DNA of 64,000 nt from a virus. Positions 25,622 to 36,617 of this stretch are shown here, piece after piece (position 1 is the stretch's first letter; every line of letters starts with the position of its first letter). The translations under genes were made by a program, and so were the position numbers. The stretch covers positions 1 to 64,000 of IMG/VR virus record IMGVR_UViG_3300043446_003177; one strand, 5' to 3'. The notes under the pieces were generated by a model. That model ran no database searches. It had not been told where the DNA came from and saw only the letters and a program-made list of their open reading frames with translations.

Positions 25622-28445
25622 TCCAAAAGCAGGATCAAATCAAGGAAACGTCTCAGAAAAAATCGACGAAAGAATTCTGAGACTCCTTGGTTTAGAGGAT
25701 GTTTTTGACTTAGATTACGATACATATCTAACTCTTTTAAAAGAAAGGTTAGTATCCGCCAGAATGACTGGAAGTCAAATTCCAGTTGAAGAAGATGAAC
25801 TTCTGCGCGAAGAATATAAAAAAGTAAGGGGTAAGACTGGAAGATTTAAGGTAAATAAAAAGAAGATAAACGTTAATGATATAAAGAAAAAGGGTCCTTT
25901 AAGGATAACAAAAGAGAAATATTTTATAGCATCTTCGGTTAATGTAATATCACCACAAAAGTTATTACCTGGCTCTAAAACAGCAGATGTAAGTGATAAA
26001 GTCAAACCTGTTTTGGGTGATGAGTTAGAGAACAATATTGCGGCAATAAAGAAGTCTGTATTTTCTATTTTTGATATTTTAAAAAATCAATTCTCTTTCA
26101 TGCAAAAAGAAAGAGAGTCGGATAGAAAAGCAAGTGAAGGTAGAAGAAGGAAAAAAAGAGAAGAAGAACTTGAGAAAAAACCATTTGAGAAAATTTCAAA
26201 AGCGATTAAAAGTATTCTTGCTCCAGTAAAATCAATCTGGGATAAGATTATTAATTTTATCGTTCAAACTTTTCTTGGAAGAGTTGTATTTAAATTAATA
26301 GATTGGTTTGCTGATCCTGCTAACAAGGATAAAATACAGTCGATCATACGATTTGTGAAAGATTGGTGGCCTGCTTTGCTTGGTGCTTATCTTTTATTCG
26401 GAACTTCTTTTGGTGGTCTGATAAGATTTACTATTGGATGGGTATCGAAATTTATATTCCAATTAGGTAGAGTTGTAATACCGTCTCTTCTAAGGTTTAT
26501 TGCTAACCCAATTGGAGCAGGATTAGCATTGTTTTCGGCGGGGGCACTCATCCCTGCTATGTTCCCTGGAACTGTTAATGAGCAGGAAAGAAAAACTGCT
26601 GCTGCTCCTGGATCAAATGAAGATAAAATTAAGGAACTTGAAAAGCAAAAGGCAAATCTGAATCTTTTTGAGAAACTTCAAGGAAAAGAATCTGAAATCA
26701 ATGAGCAAATTGAGTTTCTAAAAACTGGTAAAACCAAAGGATATGGATTTGCTAGTGGTGGATTTGTAAGTGGTGAAAAGGGAGTTGATAAAGTCCCAGC
26801 CATGCTTAGCGATGGCGAATTTGTTATGTCTCGCGGAGCCGTTGATAAATTTGGACTTGGATTTTTAGAAGCACTAAACACAGCTGGTGGTGGAAATAAT
26901 AGACCTAAAATCCTAGGTGGAGTTCCTCATGCTGCTGGTGGTGGACAAATAGGATCAGCGATGGGTGAAAAAGGACCTTCTGAGCAGGGTCTTGTTGATA
27001 GAATGATGAGACAAAGATCCAAAGGGATCGATATGAGTTTAGCAAAAGGATTTAAAGATCTTACAAATAGTAGATTAACTAAAAATCCATTAGATGCTGT
27101 TAATAGATTCATTCAGTATAAGTTTGGTTCTGATCCTTCAAAACCATCTACGTGGGGAGATAAAGGATCTGGTGGAGTACCAGGAATTCCTGGAATAACT
27201 TCTCCAATTTCTACACCATCTGGAATGCCCTCTATGGGAGGTGCTGGTTCCGCTGTAAGTAATTCTATGAAAGCAGTGGATAAATTGATATCTGGAAAAT
27301 TTTCTGGTATGTCGAATGTTAAAGTTCCTTCAATTGGAACTTCTGTTATGAATAAACTGAATAAAGTAAAATCTGGTGTAGGCGACACAATAAAGAAAAT
27401 GCAGGAGAGATTTAGTTCTCCCAAAAAACCAGGAGAAAAGGGATTTATTGATAATCTTAAAAGTGCTACTTATAGAGATGCTGGGGCAATATATGCTAAA
27501 CAAATGCTTGGTGGTATGGGAGGTCCATTAAGTGAACAAGATTTAAGCAAAGAGTCTCAAGCAGAGTTGCAAAAGGCAATTGCTAGGGCAAAGAAAAGAA
27601 CTGGATCTGAGATTGCAAAAGCAGAAGCAAAGATTAAAGAACTAGAAGCTTCTGGTGCATCAAAGACTGCTGATGGTAAAAAAGCTTTAGCAACCCAAAG
27701 AAGTTTCTTAAGTAAGTTAAAGGCAGGTGGAATAAGAGTTCAATATACTGATTATAATGATGAAAAAGGTAAGTTGTCTGAGTCTGCAAAAAATGCTAAA
27801 AATATTCTTGGGCAGTTTTGGGCTACAGAAAGAAGTAAAAAAGAGGGTGGTGGATATAGAATAGAAGATAAGTATGATTTTGATATGCTTAAGAAGAAGG
27901 ATGAAAAAACTGGTAAAATGCGAGACATGAATACCGGTGAACTTCTTATGGAAGGTGTATTTGGTAAAGGAAAAACTATACAACAAAGACTTCAAGCAGC
28001 TCATTTATTAAATCCTTTTAAGGGTAAAGGTGATGTTGATATGGTTCTTGGTGGAAGAAGAACAGCACAAGAAGCATTTGGTCTTGCTGGTAGTAAAACT
28101 ACTCTTGGTGCAATGTTGGGAATGTCTGGAAAACCAAAAGATAAAAATACTCAAGCACTTGAAGCAAAACGTCCTTGGTGGGATAAAGCTGGTTGGTTTG
28201 GTGGTGGATCAAGAATTGCTAAGGAACAAGCAGCTAAAGCAAAAATGTCTAAGAGGCAACCACCAAAATCTTTGACTCCTCCTCCACCAAGACCTCCTGC
28301 TCCTGTTGTAACTATTAAAAAACCAAGAACAAAAGCAGATACCATTGGTAAGGGTGGTGGAAATCCCAAAGTAAATACTCCAAGAATAAATGCTCAAAGA
28401 CCTAGTGGTACTAGGAATGCAAAAGCAACACACGGAATTAAGTAA
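25608..28445 (+). CDS. Tape-measure-like tail protein
   Basis: Coiled-coil N-terminus, amphipathic Trp/Phe region, FASGG.V.G..GVDKVPAMLSDGEFV motif; follows gp26/gp51. Confidence 0.6.
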   Translation: MAVGNPKAGSNQGNVSEKIDERILRLLGLEDVFDLDYDTYLTLLKERLVSARMTGSQIPVEEDELLREEYKKVRGKTGRFKVNKKKINVNDIKKKGPLRITKEKYFIASSVNVISPQKLLPGSKTADVSDKVKPVLGDELENNIAAIKKSVFSIFDILKNQFSFMQKERESDRKASEGRRRKKREEELEKKPFEKISKAIKSILAPVKSIWDKIINFIVQTFLGRVVFKLIDWFADPANKDKIQSIIRFVKDWWPALLGAYLLFGTSFGGLIRFTIGWVSKFIFQLGRVVIPSLLRFIANPIGAGLALFSAGALIPAMFPGTVNEQERKTAAAPGSNEDKIKELEKQKANLNLFEKLQGKESEINEQIEFLKTGKTKGYGFASGGFVSGEKGVDKVPAMLSDGEFVMSRGAVDKFGLGFLEALNTAGGGNNRPKILGGVPHAAGGGQIGSAMGEKGPSEQGLVDRMMRQRSKGIDMSLAKGFKDLTNSRLTKNPLDAVNRFIQYKFGSDPSKPSTWGDKGSGGVPGIPGITSPISTPSGMPSMGGAGSAVSNSMKAVDKLISGKFSGMSNVKVPSIGTSVMNKLNKVKSGVGDTIKKMQERFSSPKKPGEKGFIDNLKSATYRDAGAIYAKQMLGGMGGPLSEQDLSKESQAELQKAIARAKKRTGSEIAKAEAKIKELEASGASKTADGKKALATQRSFLSKLKAGGIRVQYTDYNDEKGKLSESAKNAKNILGQFWATERSKKEGGGYRIEDKYDFDMLKKKDEKTGKMRDMNTGELLMEGVFGKGKTIQQRLQAAHLLNPFKGKGDVDMVLGGRRTAQEAFGLAGSKTTLGAMLGMSGKPKDKNTQALEAKRPWWDKAGWFGGGSRIAKEQAAKAKMSKRQPPKSLTPPPPRPPAPVVTIKKPRTKADTIGKGGGNPKVNTPRINAQRPSGTRNAKATHGIK

Positions 28446-28449
28446 GTAA

Positions 28450-31383
28450 ATGGCTAATTTAGATCCCAAAAAAATGTTGCCGCCTTCAAAAAGTTTTCTT
28501 GCGAAAACTAAGAAGTCGTTTATCGTACCTCAGTCTCAAATGCTTGGTACGAAAAAAATCAATGTATCTGATGTAGTAAAAGGATCGGGAAAAAAACAAG
28601 ATTTTTCTGATAGAATTCAGGAAGATATATACGAAATTAAAGTTAAAGTAATTGATATTGAAAAGTTACTTAAGAGTAGTTTTTCTGATCAGAAAAAGTT
28701 TGCAGAAAGAAAAAGAAGAACTGTAGAAAAAGACCAGAGAGAAACTAAAGAAAAAAAACTTGAGGAAAAACCAAAAACAGATTTAAAAACTCCTCAAATA
28801 AAAAATTTCCCTAAGATAGGTCTCTTAGATACAATTAAAAGATTTATCTTAAATACTGTTCTTGGATTTTTTGCTGTAAGGTTGTTAGATCAGTTACCTC
28901 TTTTGATGAAGTTTTTAACTGTGATTGGTCGTATCGCTGATTTTGTTATTGATATTGGTGGAAAATTATTAAATGGGTTGGTAACATTTATAGACTGGGG
29001 ATATAAAGCGTATGATGCTACACGAGGATTTCTAAAAAATCTATTTGGAGCTGATGGGGTTAAACAATTTGATAAGTTAATGGGCGTGATGAACAAGGTT
29101 TTAAACCTTGCTATTATTGCTGGATTGATTCTTGGTGCTGGTAAATTTGGTGGTGGAAAGGGATCACCTGGACGTGGTGGCGGTGCGAGACCAAAGCCGG
29201 GACAAGGTGGGAGACCAAAGGTTACTAGAAGTGGAGGTGGACCAGCAGGGAGACCTGATGTTAGAAATCCATTCAGACAAAGACCAAAAGTAACTACTGG
29301 TGGTGGAAGAGGATTTGGAAATCCATTTAGAATGAAACCAAAGATTACTGGAAGTGGAAGCAAGGGAATTGCTAGACTTTTAGGGAAAGGTTTGGGTAGA
29401 GTTCCTATTATTGGTGGATTGATTGATTTTGCAATTAATCTTTTAATGGGAGAAAATCCTGGAAGAGCAGCTGCTCGTGCAGTTGGTTCTACGATTGGTG
29501 CTTCTCTTGGTGGTATTGCCGCTGGTGCTGTAGGTAGCATTGTTCCAATTGCAGGAACAATGGTTGGTGGATTAATTGGTGCTACCTTAGGTGGACTGTT
29601 GGGTGATGCTGTGGGTGGAACACTTTATGATGTATTGGTTGGAACAAAACAAAAAATGGCTGAAGGTGGTAAAGTAACTACTAGAGCAGGAAAAATTGTT
29701 GGTGGTGGAACTACAAGATCTCTTAAAAAAACAAAGAGAAAATTAGAAGCAAGAATGCCTGATGAAGTTCAGTTGAATCCTGGAGAATCTGTAGGTGGAG
29801 ATATAAAACTGAAAAAACTTTTCCCCGAATCTTCTGATACTAAAACTATGAGTCCATTTGGAGTCATTGAAGGTACGGCTAAACAGTTTACTGGTGTGAA
29901 TTATCTCGGTCCATTATTTGGAGTATTTTCAAAAGTCCTTTTAGGGCAAAAACCATCATCAAAAGATTATGAAAATATTGGATTGGGAATTAACGCATGG
30001 ATTACTAAAGGAATTAATAGTGGTGATATAAAAGGAGGTATTACCGCTGCATTTGCTGAAGGGGGAGTAGTTGATTCTGCATCTCTTACTGCTGATACAG
30101 ACATAAGTAAATGGGTTGAGTATTCATCTAAAGATCTTTTAAATTCTGCCGTTGATGAATCAACAAAAACTATTATGCAAAACTTGATGCTCAAACCTGC
30201 TGAAGAAACCAAGACCACTGCTCCTGGTGAAGAACCCGGAGCGGGTGGAGATATGGGTGGTCCTATGGGTGCAGCGAATGATTCTGTTGGTGGGGCAAGA
30301 TTATTCATGCAATTGGGATTCCCAATGCTTGCCGCTGCTATCTTATCTGGTAATGTTCAGCAAGAATCTGGATGGAAGGGGCAGAGGACACCTTGGGTCT
30401 TAAACGATGGTGCTGGTACAAATAAAGGATTGATTAGTTGGAATAGAAGTAGAATTAAAAATGCAGAAAAGTTTTTGGGTAAACCTCTTGAAAAAGCGAG
30501 TAATGCAGAACAAGTCAGGTGGATTAAGGAAGAATTGAAACAATATGGACTTCTTGATGATTTTATGAATCCCAAGGCAACTGAAGCTCAATTAAAAGCA
30601 GCGTCTTATAAGTATATTGGATGGGGAGATGTTGGTGCTCGTTGGAAATATTCTTCTCAAATTTTTGCTGCATTGCAGAAAGGTGAAAAAGGAACTTTTA
30701 CCTCTGGTGGTTCGGGTGGAGGAATATCCTTGGGTAAGGGGTATGGATCTGCTGGAAGTAAACTAGCAGGAGAACTTGGAAGATATGTTAAAAAATTAGG
30801 CGTAGTTCCTGGAAGTATTCATGAACATCCAGAACATGGTGGAGTTCGTGGTAGACACTCTCCAAATTCTTATCACTATCAGGGTAGAGCAATTGACCTG
30901 GGTGCATATGCATACGAGCAAGGACCAGTTTTAAAAGCCATTGCAGATTTTAATAGAATGAAAGGTATAAAACCAGTTGAACTTCTTAAAGCAGGAGATC
31001 CTGGTCACAGTGATCATGTTCACGTTGCATATCGAGAGGGTGGATTTGCTGACGGACCACAATATGCAATGTTGGGTGAGGAAGGAACTGAGGCGATTAC
31101 AGATGCAGATTCTACAAGATTGCTTGGAAAAAATTTCTTTGCAACAATTAATGCTATCGAAAACAAATCACAACTTAAGAAACACGCAGGATCTCTTATT
31201 AATACATTAAATAGTTATGCTGGTTATGAGAATGGAGCTCCAATTATGGTTGTTGATCCTGGACCATCTCCAGCAAGTCAACAAGAAGATGCTTCACCAA
31301 AACCAAAATCTGATCCATTCACAGGAGAGTCTAGTAATGCAAATGCATATGATCCATTCAACAAACTATATGCTCTAGGATAA
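28450..31383 (+). CDS. Second tape-measure-like protein with phage tail lysozyme-like and Zn-peptidase (M15-like) domains
   Basis: AAAILSGNVQQESG...GLISW...R resembles tail lysozyme; HSPNSYHYQGRAID...HSDHVH fits H-x6-D...HxH. Confidence 0.65.
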   Translation: MANLDPKKMLPPSKSFLAKTKKSFIVPQSQMLGTKKINVSDVVKGSGKKQDFSDRIQEDIYEIKVKVIDIEKLLKSSFSDQKKFAERKRRTVEKDQRETKEKKLEEKPKTDLKTPQIKNFPKIGLLDTIKRFILNTVLGFFAVRLLDQLPLLMKFLTVIGRIADFVIDIGGKLLNGLVTFIDWGYKAYDATRGFLKNLFGADGVKQFDKLMGVMNKVLNLAIIAGLILGAGKFGGGKGSPGRGGGARPKPGQGGRPKVTRSGGGPAGRPDVRNPFRQRPKVTTGGGRGFGNPFRMKPKITGSGSKGIARLLGKGLGRVPIIGGLIDFAINLLMGENPGRAAARAVGSTIGASLGGIAAGAVGSIVPIAGTMVGGLIGATLGGLLGDAVGGTLYDVLVGTKQKMAEGGKVTTRAGKIVGGGTTRSLKKTKRKLEARMPDEVQLNPGESVGGDIKLKKLFPESSDTKTMSPFGVIEGTAKQFTGVNYLGPLFGVFSKVLLGQKPSSKDYENIGLGINAWITKGINSGDIKGGITAAFAEGGVVDSASLTADTDISKWVEYSSKDLLNSAVDESTKTIMQNLMLKPAEETKTTAPGEEPGAGGDMGGPMGAANDSVGGARLFMQLGFPMLAAAILSGNVQQESGWKGQRTPWVLNDGAGTNKGLISWNRSRIKNAEKFLGKPLEKASNAEQVRWIKEELKQYGLLDDFMNPKATEAQLKAASYKYIGWGDVGARWKYSSQIFAALQKGEKGTFTSGGSGGGISLGKGYGSAGSKLAGELGRYVKKLGVVPGSIHEHPEHGGVRGRHSPNSYHYQGRAIDLGAYAYEQGPVLKAIADFNRMKGIKPVELLKAGDPGHSDHVHVAYREGGFADGPQYAMLGEEGTEAITDADSTRLLGKNFFATINAIENKSQLKKHAGSLINTLNSYAGYENGAPIMVVDPGPSPASQQEDASPKPKSDPFTGESSNANAYDPFNKLYALG

Positions 31384-31384
31384 A

Positions 31385-32683
31385 ATGGCTGAAAGTAGAA
31401 GAGCAGAACCTAGTAATATTAAAAAACTCTTGATTAAATCTAATCAAGGGGGGAAATCTATTGACGTTTCGACTGGATTAGTTCGATTGGAATTTTATGA
31501 GAGTATCTTACAAGAGTGTATTGCTGTAAATTTGATTTTTATGGATACTGGAAACAGTATTGATGGTAGTATGGGAGTAATTGAAGGTCTTCCTGTAGTT
31601 GGTGGTGAAGAGGTAGAACTAGTAATGAATGATAATTATGACCAAGAAATATCAATAAAACTAAATGTAAATAAATTTTCATCAACAACTCAAGATAACC
31701 TGAGAAATGTTGTTGCGATGGAATTGGTTACTAAAGAATTTTTCTTAAATGAAATTTCTCGTGTCGTAAAAAGATATGATGGGGTAGTTTCAGATTCTGT
31801 TACTAAGATACTAAAAGATGTTTTGAAAACAGAAAAAAAACTAATCATTGATGCTACACTAAACAAATATAACTTTATAGGAAATTCTAGAAAACCTTTT
31901 TATGTTTGTATGTGGTTATGTAAAAAATCTATTCCAGACCTTCCCAATGCAAAAGGTGCAGCAGCTGGATATTTTTTATATGAAACTACCAAAGGAATTA
32001 ATTTCAAATCTATTGATAAACTTCTTTCTACTGAGGGAAAAACTCCTAAGAAAATGATTTATAATAATAGTACTGATATTCCACCTGGATATGATATTAA
32101 GATTTTAGATTATTCGGTAAGTGGACCAAAAGAAGGAGATAGTGGTGGATTAGATTTGCAGTCAAAACTAATGATGGGTGCATATGGAAGTAAGATTCGT
32201 ACTTTAAACCCATATGATGTAAAATATCAAGATAAAGATTTGGAAGGATCTAAACAGAAAAAAGGTATAAAAACTGCAGGAAAAGATTTTAATTCTAATT
32301 TACCTACTTGGTTGAAAGATAAACCAACCAGACAGTTTTCTAATATCTTACCAATAGGTTCTTTACCAAGTGGAAATTCTGTAGATGAACAACTTAAAGA
32401 TTCAAAGAAACCTACTTTTGATGTCGATGCTGCTTTAATTCAAGCTCCAATGAGATATAATCAACTTTTTGCATCTAAAGTTGAAATTACTATTGCTGGT
32501 TATTATAAATTAAATGCAGGTGATATTGTATCATGTGAGTTTCCTGAACTGTCTGGAAAAACTAATCAAGCGCCAAGTAAGCGTTTAGGAGGTATATATA
32601 TGATATCAGATATATGTCATTTGGTAACTCCTAAAAAAACTTTTACTAAATTAAACTTAGTAAGAGATTCTTATGGTAAATAA
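31385..32683 (+). CDS. Putative baseplate hub protein (gp27-like position)
   Basis: FYESIL, GYFLYET..G.NFKSID.L, G.YMISDICH...TKLNLVRDS; precedes gp5. Confidence 0.55.
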   Translation: MAESRRAEPSNIKKLLIKSNQGGKSIDVSTGLVRLEFYESILQECIAVNLIFMDTGNSIDGSMGVIEGLPVVGGEEVELVMNDNYDQEISIKLNVNKFSSTTQDNLRNVVAMELVTKEFFLNEISRVVKRYDGVVSDSVTKILKDVLKTEKKLIIDATLNKYNFIGNSRKPFYVCMWLCKKSIPDLPNAKGAAAGYFLYETTKGINFKSIDKLLSTEGKTPKKMIYNNSTDIPPGYDIKILDYSVSGPKEGDSGGLDLQSKLMMGAYGSKIRTLNPYDVKYQDKDLEGSKQKKGIKTAGKDFNSNLPTWLKDKPTRQFSNILPIGSLPSGNSVDEQLKDSKKPTFDVDAALIQAPMRYNQLFASKVEITIAGYYKLNAGDIVSCEFPELSGKTNQAPSKRLGGIYMISDICHLVTPKKTFTKLNLVRDSYGK

Positions 32684-32698
32684 ACCTTAGGTAACAAA

Positions 32699-32911
32699 AT
32701 GGAAAACATTCACCAACACATTGAACAAGATAAAAAAATATTAGATGATCCTCAAACGTCTCCTCAAGCACGTAGACATACTGAGGAAGAACTTGCATCA
32801 TTGGAAAGATATGTAAAAAGACATCCAGATGATGATCATGATCCAACTTCTTTGGAATTATATTGTGACGATAATCCAGATGCTCTGGAATGTAAAATTT
32901 ATGAAGACTGA
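32699..32911 (+). CDS. cp12: CP12 Calvin-cycle regulator
   Basis: C-terminal DPTSLELYCDDNPDALECKIYED; RRHTEEEL core; 70 aa. Confidence 0.9.
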   Translation: MENIHQHIEQDKKILDDPQTSPQARRHTEEELASLERYVKRHPDDDHDPTSLELYCDDNPDALECKIYED

Positions 32912-35364
32912 TGCTCGAAAACTCTTTATTTAATTCCAACCTCGTAGGATCCGAGGGTTTTTATTGGTGGATAGGCCAAGTTGTTGATAATAAAACTTGG
33001 AATGATAATATTCAGAAAAAAAAGTTTATAGATCCAAATGAGATAAAAGGTTTTGGATCTCGATATAAAGTAAGAATATTTGGACACCACACCGATAAAA
33101 AAGATGATATAAAAGACATGGATCTGCCGTGGGCGCAGGCAATGTTGCCTATTACCGCTGGTGGTGGACAAATGTCTGCATCACAAACTCCAAATATAAA
33201 ACAGGGTAATATTGTATTTGGATTTTTCTTAGATGGTATTGAAGCGCAACAACCCATTATTATGGGAATATTGGGCAATAATGCTCAGACTTCTTTAGAC
33301 CAGAGAATACCAGAAAAGGGATTTATTCCTACAAGTGGATTTGCTAATGGAGAAAAAGTTCCAGGATATGCAAAACCTGCAGAATCAAAAAGTGGTGTTC
33401 CTTCTGGAACTGCTAAAGGCGGAGGACCAGCAACTGGTAAAGGATCTGCTTCTAATAATGGAAAACCTTTAGAGGGTGATGGGGCAAATATCAATCAAAC
33501 TAATAATGATGACTTAGAGCAGGAAAAGGATGGAAATGTAAAAACACATTTAGCTAAGACTCAAAAATGTGGTGGTAATGATCTTGATGGTATTCAACTT
33601 GAGATTGAGAAGTTGATGAAGCAGATTGAACGAGTTAAAAGCTCGGTTGATAAGTTTCAATCTGCTGTAAATGATACTGTAAATAATGCTCAGGAAAAAA
33701 TTAAAGAATTAGTTGGAAGAGCGGCAAAATTTATTGCTCGCTTCATGAAAACAATTATTGATTTTATTAGAAAATATGTAATTGAATTCACTCGGGAACA
33801 AACAAAAAAAGTTTATTATTTGTTGATGCCCAATGAAAGACCAACTTTAAAGAAAGCCGAAGAAAAAATACTAGATCTTCTTGGATGCTTATTCAATTTA
33901 ATAATTGATGCTTTGATTGGTATGATTACTAATGCTTTGAATAATGCATTAGATCAAATGGTCAACGTTGCATCCTGTGCGGTTGAAAATATTATGGGAT
34001 CTCTTTTGGGAGAAATGCTTGGGTTTATTGATGGTGCAGTAAATTCTATTCTAGGTCCATTAAATTCATTGTTATCTACTTTTGGTGCTGCTATTAGTTT
34101 TGGTGGGCAAATTTTAGGACTGCTTTCGCAACTTCTTGGATTTTTAACTTGTGATGTTGATGGGGAGTGTCCAGAAGTAAATCAATGGAGTATGTGGAGT
34201 GGTATCGGAGATAATGGTGGATTATCTGGTACACTTCAAGGTGTATTTGACCAAGCAAAAGCGATTGGAAGTCAAATAACAGATGCTGTTGATATTAATA
34301 ATTTTGATTTTAGTTCTCTGGGAACAAATGCAAGTCCATCGAGTGCATCGGGTGGATCTTGTAATGTTGGACCTCAATTGTGTGGACCTCCTGTAGTAAG
34401 TTTCTTTGGATCTGGATCTGGCGCAAAGGGAAATGCTATTGTTTCTCCAACTGGAAGTATTCTTGGAATTGATATTATTTCAACTGGATCTGGGTATAAT
34501 GGCGCAAGTACAGTTTCTGTTATAGATCCATGTGGGCAAGGATCTGGTGCAATCGGAAAAGTTATACTTGGACCAGCACAACCACCAAATGGTGGATCAA
34601 ATCCAGATCAAAATAGAGGAAAACCGGGAACTGGAATTTTAGAAGTTGTAATGATTGATCCTGGATCTGGATATCTTCCAAAATACAACGGAAGCCAGGG
34701 TGGAATGCAAAGAACTTGGGCAGAAAACTATCAAACAACAGTTTATAGAGGAAATGGTAGATATGATAGACCATATAATCCTGGAATAGAGATTCAGGTA
34801 TGCCCCGGAGACACTGTAACTCTTCCCTTTTTCACTACTGCAGAAATTTATGATACAGATGGAAATTCTACCGAAACTTTAGTTGGTGGAAAAAATATTG
34901 TTAAAAATAAATGTGGAACACTAACTACACCTAGAATTTCTGATGAGGATTTCAATAGATTGAATACAGAAGGTCTTTCTGAGCAAGCAATTGCTAATCT
35001 TGGTTTAGATGCAGCAGTTACTTCTAAAGGAACCTATCCAGTTATTATGAAAATATGTGATGTACTTGTTAAGGATGGTGGAATTAATTATGATCCAGAC
35101 GTAGACAAGATAGTAGTAAGTCCTGCTAATGGTGCTGTATTGGAACCAGTTTTTGGTCAATTTGGTAGATTGGTAAAAGTTAATGTTATTAATAGTGGAG
35201 AAGGATTTACTGAACCTCCAGATATTTACATTCAAAGTCAAACGGGTTATAATGCATTAATTATTCCTTTAATGTGTGTAAATAGAGTAGGAGATGATCT
35301 AGATGGTGAAGAACCCGATCCAACAAAGGTCATTCAAGTAATCGATTGTGTTGGTAAAGTTTAA
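32911..35364 (+). CDS. Baseplate hub/spike protein gp5 (OB-fold N-terminus, no evident lysozyme)
   Basis: FYWWIGQV, RYKVRIFGHH, LPWA, VFGFFLDG..AQQPIIMG. Confidence 0.8.
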   Translation: MLENSLFNSNLVGSEGFYWWIGQVVDNKTWNDNIQKKKFIDPNEIKGFGSRYKVRIFGHHTDKKDDIKDMDLPWAQAMLPITAGGGQMSASQTPNIKQGNIVFGFFLDGIEAQQPIIMGILGNNAQTSLDQRIPEKGFIPTSGFANGEKVPGYAKPAESKSGVPSGTAKGGGPATGKGSASNNGKPLEGDGANINQTNNDDLEQEKDGNVKTHLAKTQKCGGNDLDGIQLEIEKLMKQIERVKSSVDKFQSAVNDTVNNAQEKIKELVGRAAKFIARFMKTIIDFIRKYVIEFTREQTKKVYYLLMPNERPTLKKAEEKILDLLGCLFNLIIDALIGMITNALNNALDQMVNVASCAVENIMGSLLGEMLGFIDGAVNSILGPLNSLLSTFGAAISFGGQILGLLSQLLGFLTCDVDGECPEVNQWSMWSGIGDNGGLSGTLQGVFDQAKAIGSQITDAVDINNFDFSSLGTNASPSSASGGSCNVGPQLCGPPVVSFFGSGSGAKGNAIVSPTGSILGIDIISTGSGYNGASTVSVIDPCGQGSGAIGKVILGPAQPPNGGSNPDQNRGKPGTGILEVVMIDPGSGYLPKYNGSQGGMQRTWAENYQTTVYRGNGRYDRPYNPGIEIQVCPGDTVTLPFFTTAEIYDTDGNSTETLVGGKNIVKNKCGTLTTPRISDEDFNRLNTEGLSEQAIANLGLDAAVTSKGTYPVIMKICDVLVKDGGINYDPDVDKIVVSPANGAVLEPVFGQFGRLVKVNVINSGEGFTEPPDIYIQSQTGYNALIIPLMCVNRVGDDLDGEEPDPTKVIQVIDCVGKV

Positions 35365-35939
35365 TGGCCAAGAGTAATTATCATACAGTTAGATATGGGA
35401 CTGCAGATGGTGAAATACAATTTGGACATATGCACACTGATGGAGTTACATCAGCATTCACTGTAAGAAGTGGTCATGAAAATTTGCATTACATGCAAAT
35501 GGACATTGATGGGCAAAGGGAAGGGTGGACAACTAACAGATGCACTGGAGTATATCAAGTACAATGTGGCGATAACGTAAAAGATAAGCAACCAGCGTTT
35601 TTTGTTGATGCTGTAAATGGTGATATTGTTATATCTGCATTAAACGGAAGAATCCGTATGCAAGCAGAAAATATTGATATTATTGCTAAAGGTCCAGATA
35701 ATAAGAATGGAAATATAACTTTAGATGCTAATGAAAGAATCGAACTCAAATCAAAACATGTTGAGGTAAATGCAACATCAGTTGCTAAGTTTTTTTCTTC
35801 TGGTACTTTAGAAACAATTGGTAATGGGTTGTTAAATATATACGGAGGACTTATTGATAGTGCTGATGGTGCGACAAAACTCAATAGGTCAAAAGCAAAT
35901 TCAACTCTTGAGAATAGAGAAGCAAACAAATCTTTCTAA
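35364..35939 (+). CDS. Hypothetical spike-associated beta-rich protein
   Basis: Coupled to gp5; NGDIVISALNGRIRMQAENIDI beta-repeat character. Confidence 0.55.
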   Translation: MAKSNYHTVRYGTADGEIQFGHMHTDGVTSAFTVRSGHENLHYMQMDIDGQREGWTTNRCTGVYQVQCGDNVKDKQPAFFVDAVNGDIVISALNGRIRMQAENIDIIAKGPDNKNGNITLDANERIELKSKHVEVNATSVAKFFSSGTLETIGNGLLNIYGGLIDSADGATKLNRSKANSTLENREANKSF

Positions 35940-35945
35940 GAAATT

Positions 35946-36617
35946 ATGAGTAACATCAATACAGATTTAGCTACTGGAAAAAGATTATTTGTTGGTGATG
36001 GAAAACCAGAGATTTTGGGTAGGGGTCCTTTAGAAGTTCGTGGTTCTGCGTATATTGAAGGTCCAGAGATTGTTGGAAATCCTGGAGCTTTTAACAGTCC
36101 CAATCCATTTACACTTGGGACATTGATGGCTGCAGAGACCACCAACCCTGATATGAAACCAATTCCATTTTATTCTTTGATGGTAAGAACTTTTGCAAGA
36201 ATTAAAAGTTTCTTGAAAGTTGATACTCTTTTATGTGTTAAATTGATCAGATCTAAAGTAATTTACACCGAAGTTCTTTTAGCTAAATCTAAGAATTTTA
36301 TCATTGATCATCCTCTTAAAGAAGGTAAGAAATTAGTTCATGCATGTTTGGAAGGACCTGAAAATGGAGTTTATTTCCGTGGTCGATTAAGAAATGAGAA
36401 AGTAATTTATCTTCCAGAGTACTGGGAAAAATTGGTTGATGAAAGGTCAATTACTGTTCAACTTCAACCAATTGGTGCTCATCAGAACATTATCGTAAAG
36501 AGAATTAAAGATAATGAAATTGTTCTTCAATCTGCTGGGGAAATGCCGATCGATTGTTTTTATCATGTTTATGCTGAAAGAATTGATATTGGAAAGTTAC
36601 AAACGGAGACTGACTGA
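35946..36617 (+). CDS. Structural protein with HP..L.H.CLEGPE C-terminal domain
   Basis: HPLKEGKKLVHACLEGPENGVYFRG...LPEYW...VQLQPIG...AERID. Confidence 0.65.
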   Translation: MSNINTDLATGKRLFVGDGKPEILGRGPLEVRGSAYIEGPEIVGNPGAFNSPNPFTLGTLMAAETTNPDMKPIPFYSLMVRTFARIKSFLKVDTLLCVKLIRSKVIYTEVLLAKSKNFIIDHPLKEGKKLVHACLEGPENGVYFRGRLRNEKVIYLPEYWEKLVDERSITVQLQPIGAHQNIIVKRIKDNEIVLQSAGEMPIDCFYHVYAERIDIGKLQTETD

